Position numbers and translations under genes: made by a program. Of a stretch of DNA of 64,000 nucleotides, positions 63,701 to 64,000 are shown piece by piece (the stretch's first letter is position 1; each line of letters begins with the position of its first letter). A model generated the notes under the pieces. The model was not told the origin of the DNA. It made no database searches and worked only from the letters and a program-made list of their open reading frames with translations. The stretch is taken from the NCBI RefSeq assembly GCF_036321535.1, contig NC_087437.1, positions 11,410,001-11,474,000 on the forward strand, in the 5' to 3' direction. The DNA comes from Camelus dromedarius (taxonomy: Eukaryota).

Positions 63701-64000
63701 CTATGTGAGTATGCATCTATTCCAGCACTTGCATTAGGCTAGGTATTCTGCATAGAGGTACGCAGATGGTCTCTCTCTCTGGTGGGAAGGAGGCAGGGCT
63801 GATGCATACAGTTTTGCAGGCTGGACACCGTGTAAATGGTACCCACTGTGATACTGCAGCTCGGCCAGAGGTGACGATCCTGGGAGTCAGAGAAACAAGC
63901 CTACGGTTTACAGAGCAGTATAATATGTGCCATGATACAAAGATGCATGGTTTTCTTTCAGACATGAGCAGAACCTCCAAACGCAGATATGAATGGGGGG

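Noticed and set aside
1..64000. CRISPR arrays, prokaryotic operons, intact ERV or full-length L1, NUMT
   Set aside because: No spaced direct repeats, long ORFs, gag/pol/env, L1 5'UTR/ORF1 or mitochondrial-like sequence seen

Overview
Mammalian genomic DNA, about 40% GC by eye and mostly CpG-depleted, dominated by transposable-element debris. The tRNA-derived SINEs (GGGGAGGGTATAGCTCAGTGGTAGAG...GGTTCAATCCCCAGTACCTCCATTAAAA type) and the L1 3' ends look camelid (camel/alpaca/llama; inferred from recall, no search run). I recognise no protein-coding gene, true tRNA/rRNA/snRNA gene or processed pseudogene. The supplied ORFs are L1 ORF2 remnants, simple repeats or chance ORFs, so the window is probably intronic or intergenic, with a few weak exon candidates. 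Contents: about 19 lineage-age 5'-truncated L1 3' ends, older L1M, L2 and MIR fragments, 6-7 solo LTRs, many hAT-Charlie MITEs, 4 SINEs and several microsatellites. Most notable: a CpG-island-like patch at ~49.75-50.5 kb built from ancient L2+MIR with a perfect tRNA T-arm/B box; three 5'-inverted (twin-priming-type) L1s of different ages; a tail-less L1 patch inside an opposite-strand L1; a tandem SINE pair at one target site; and strand asymmetry of LTRs and L1s. I found no convincing novel biological system. Repeat family names and boundaries are by eye and approximate.
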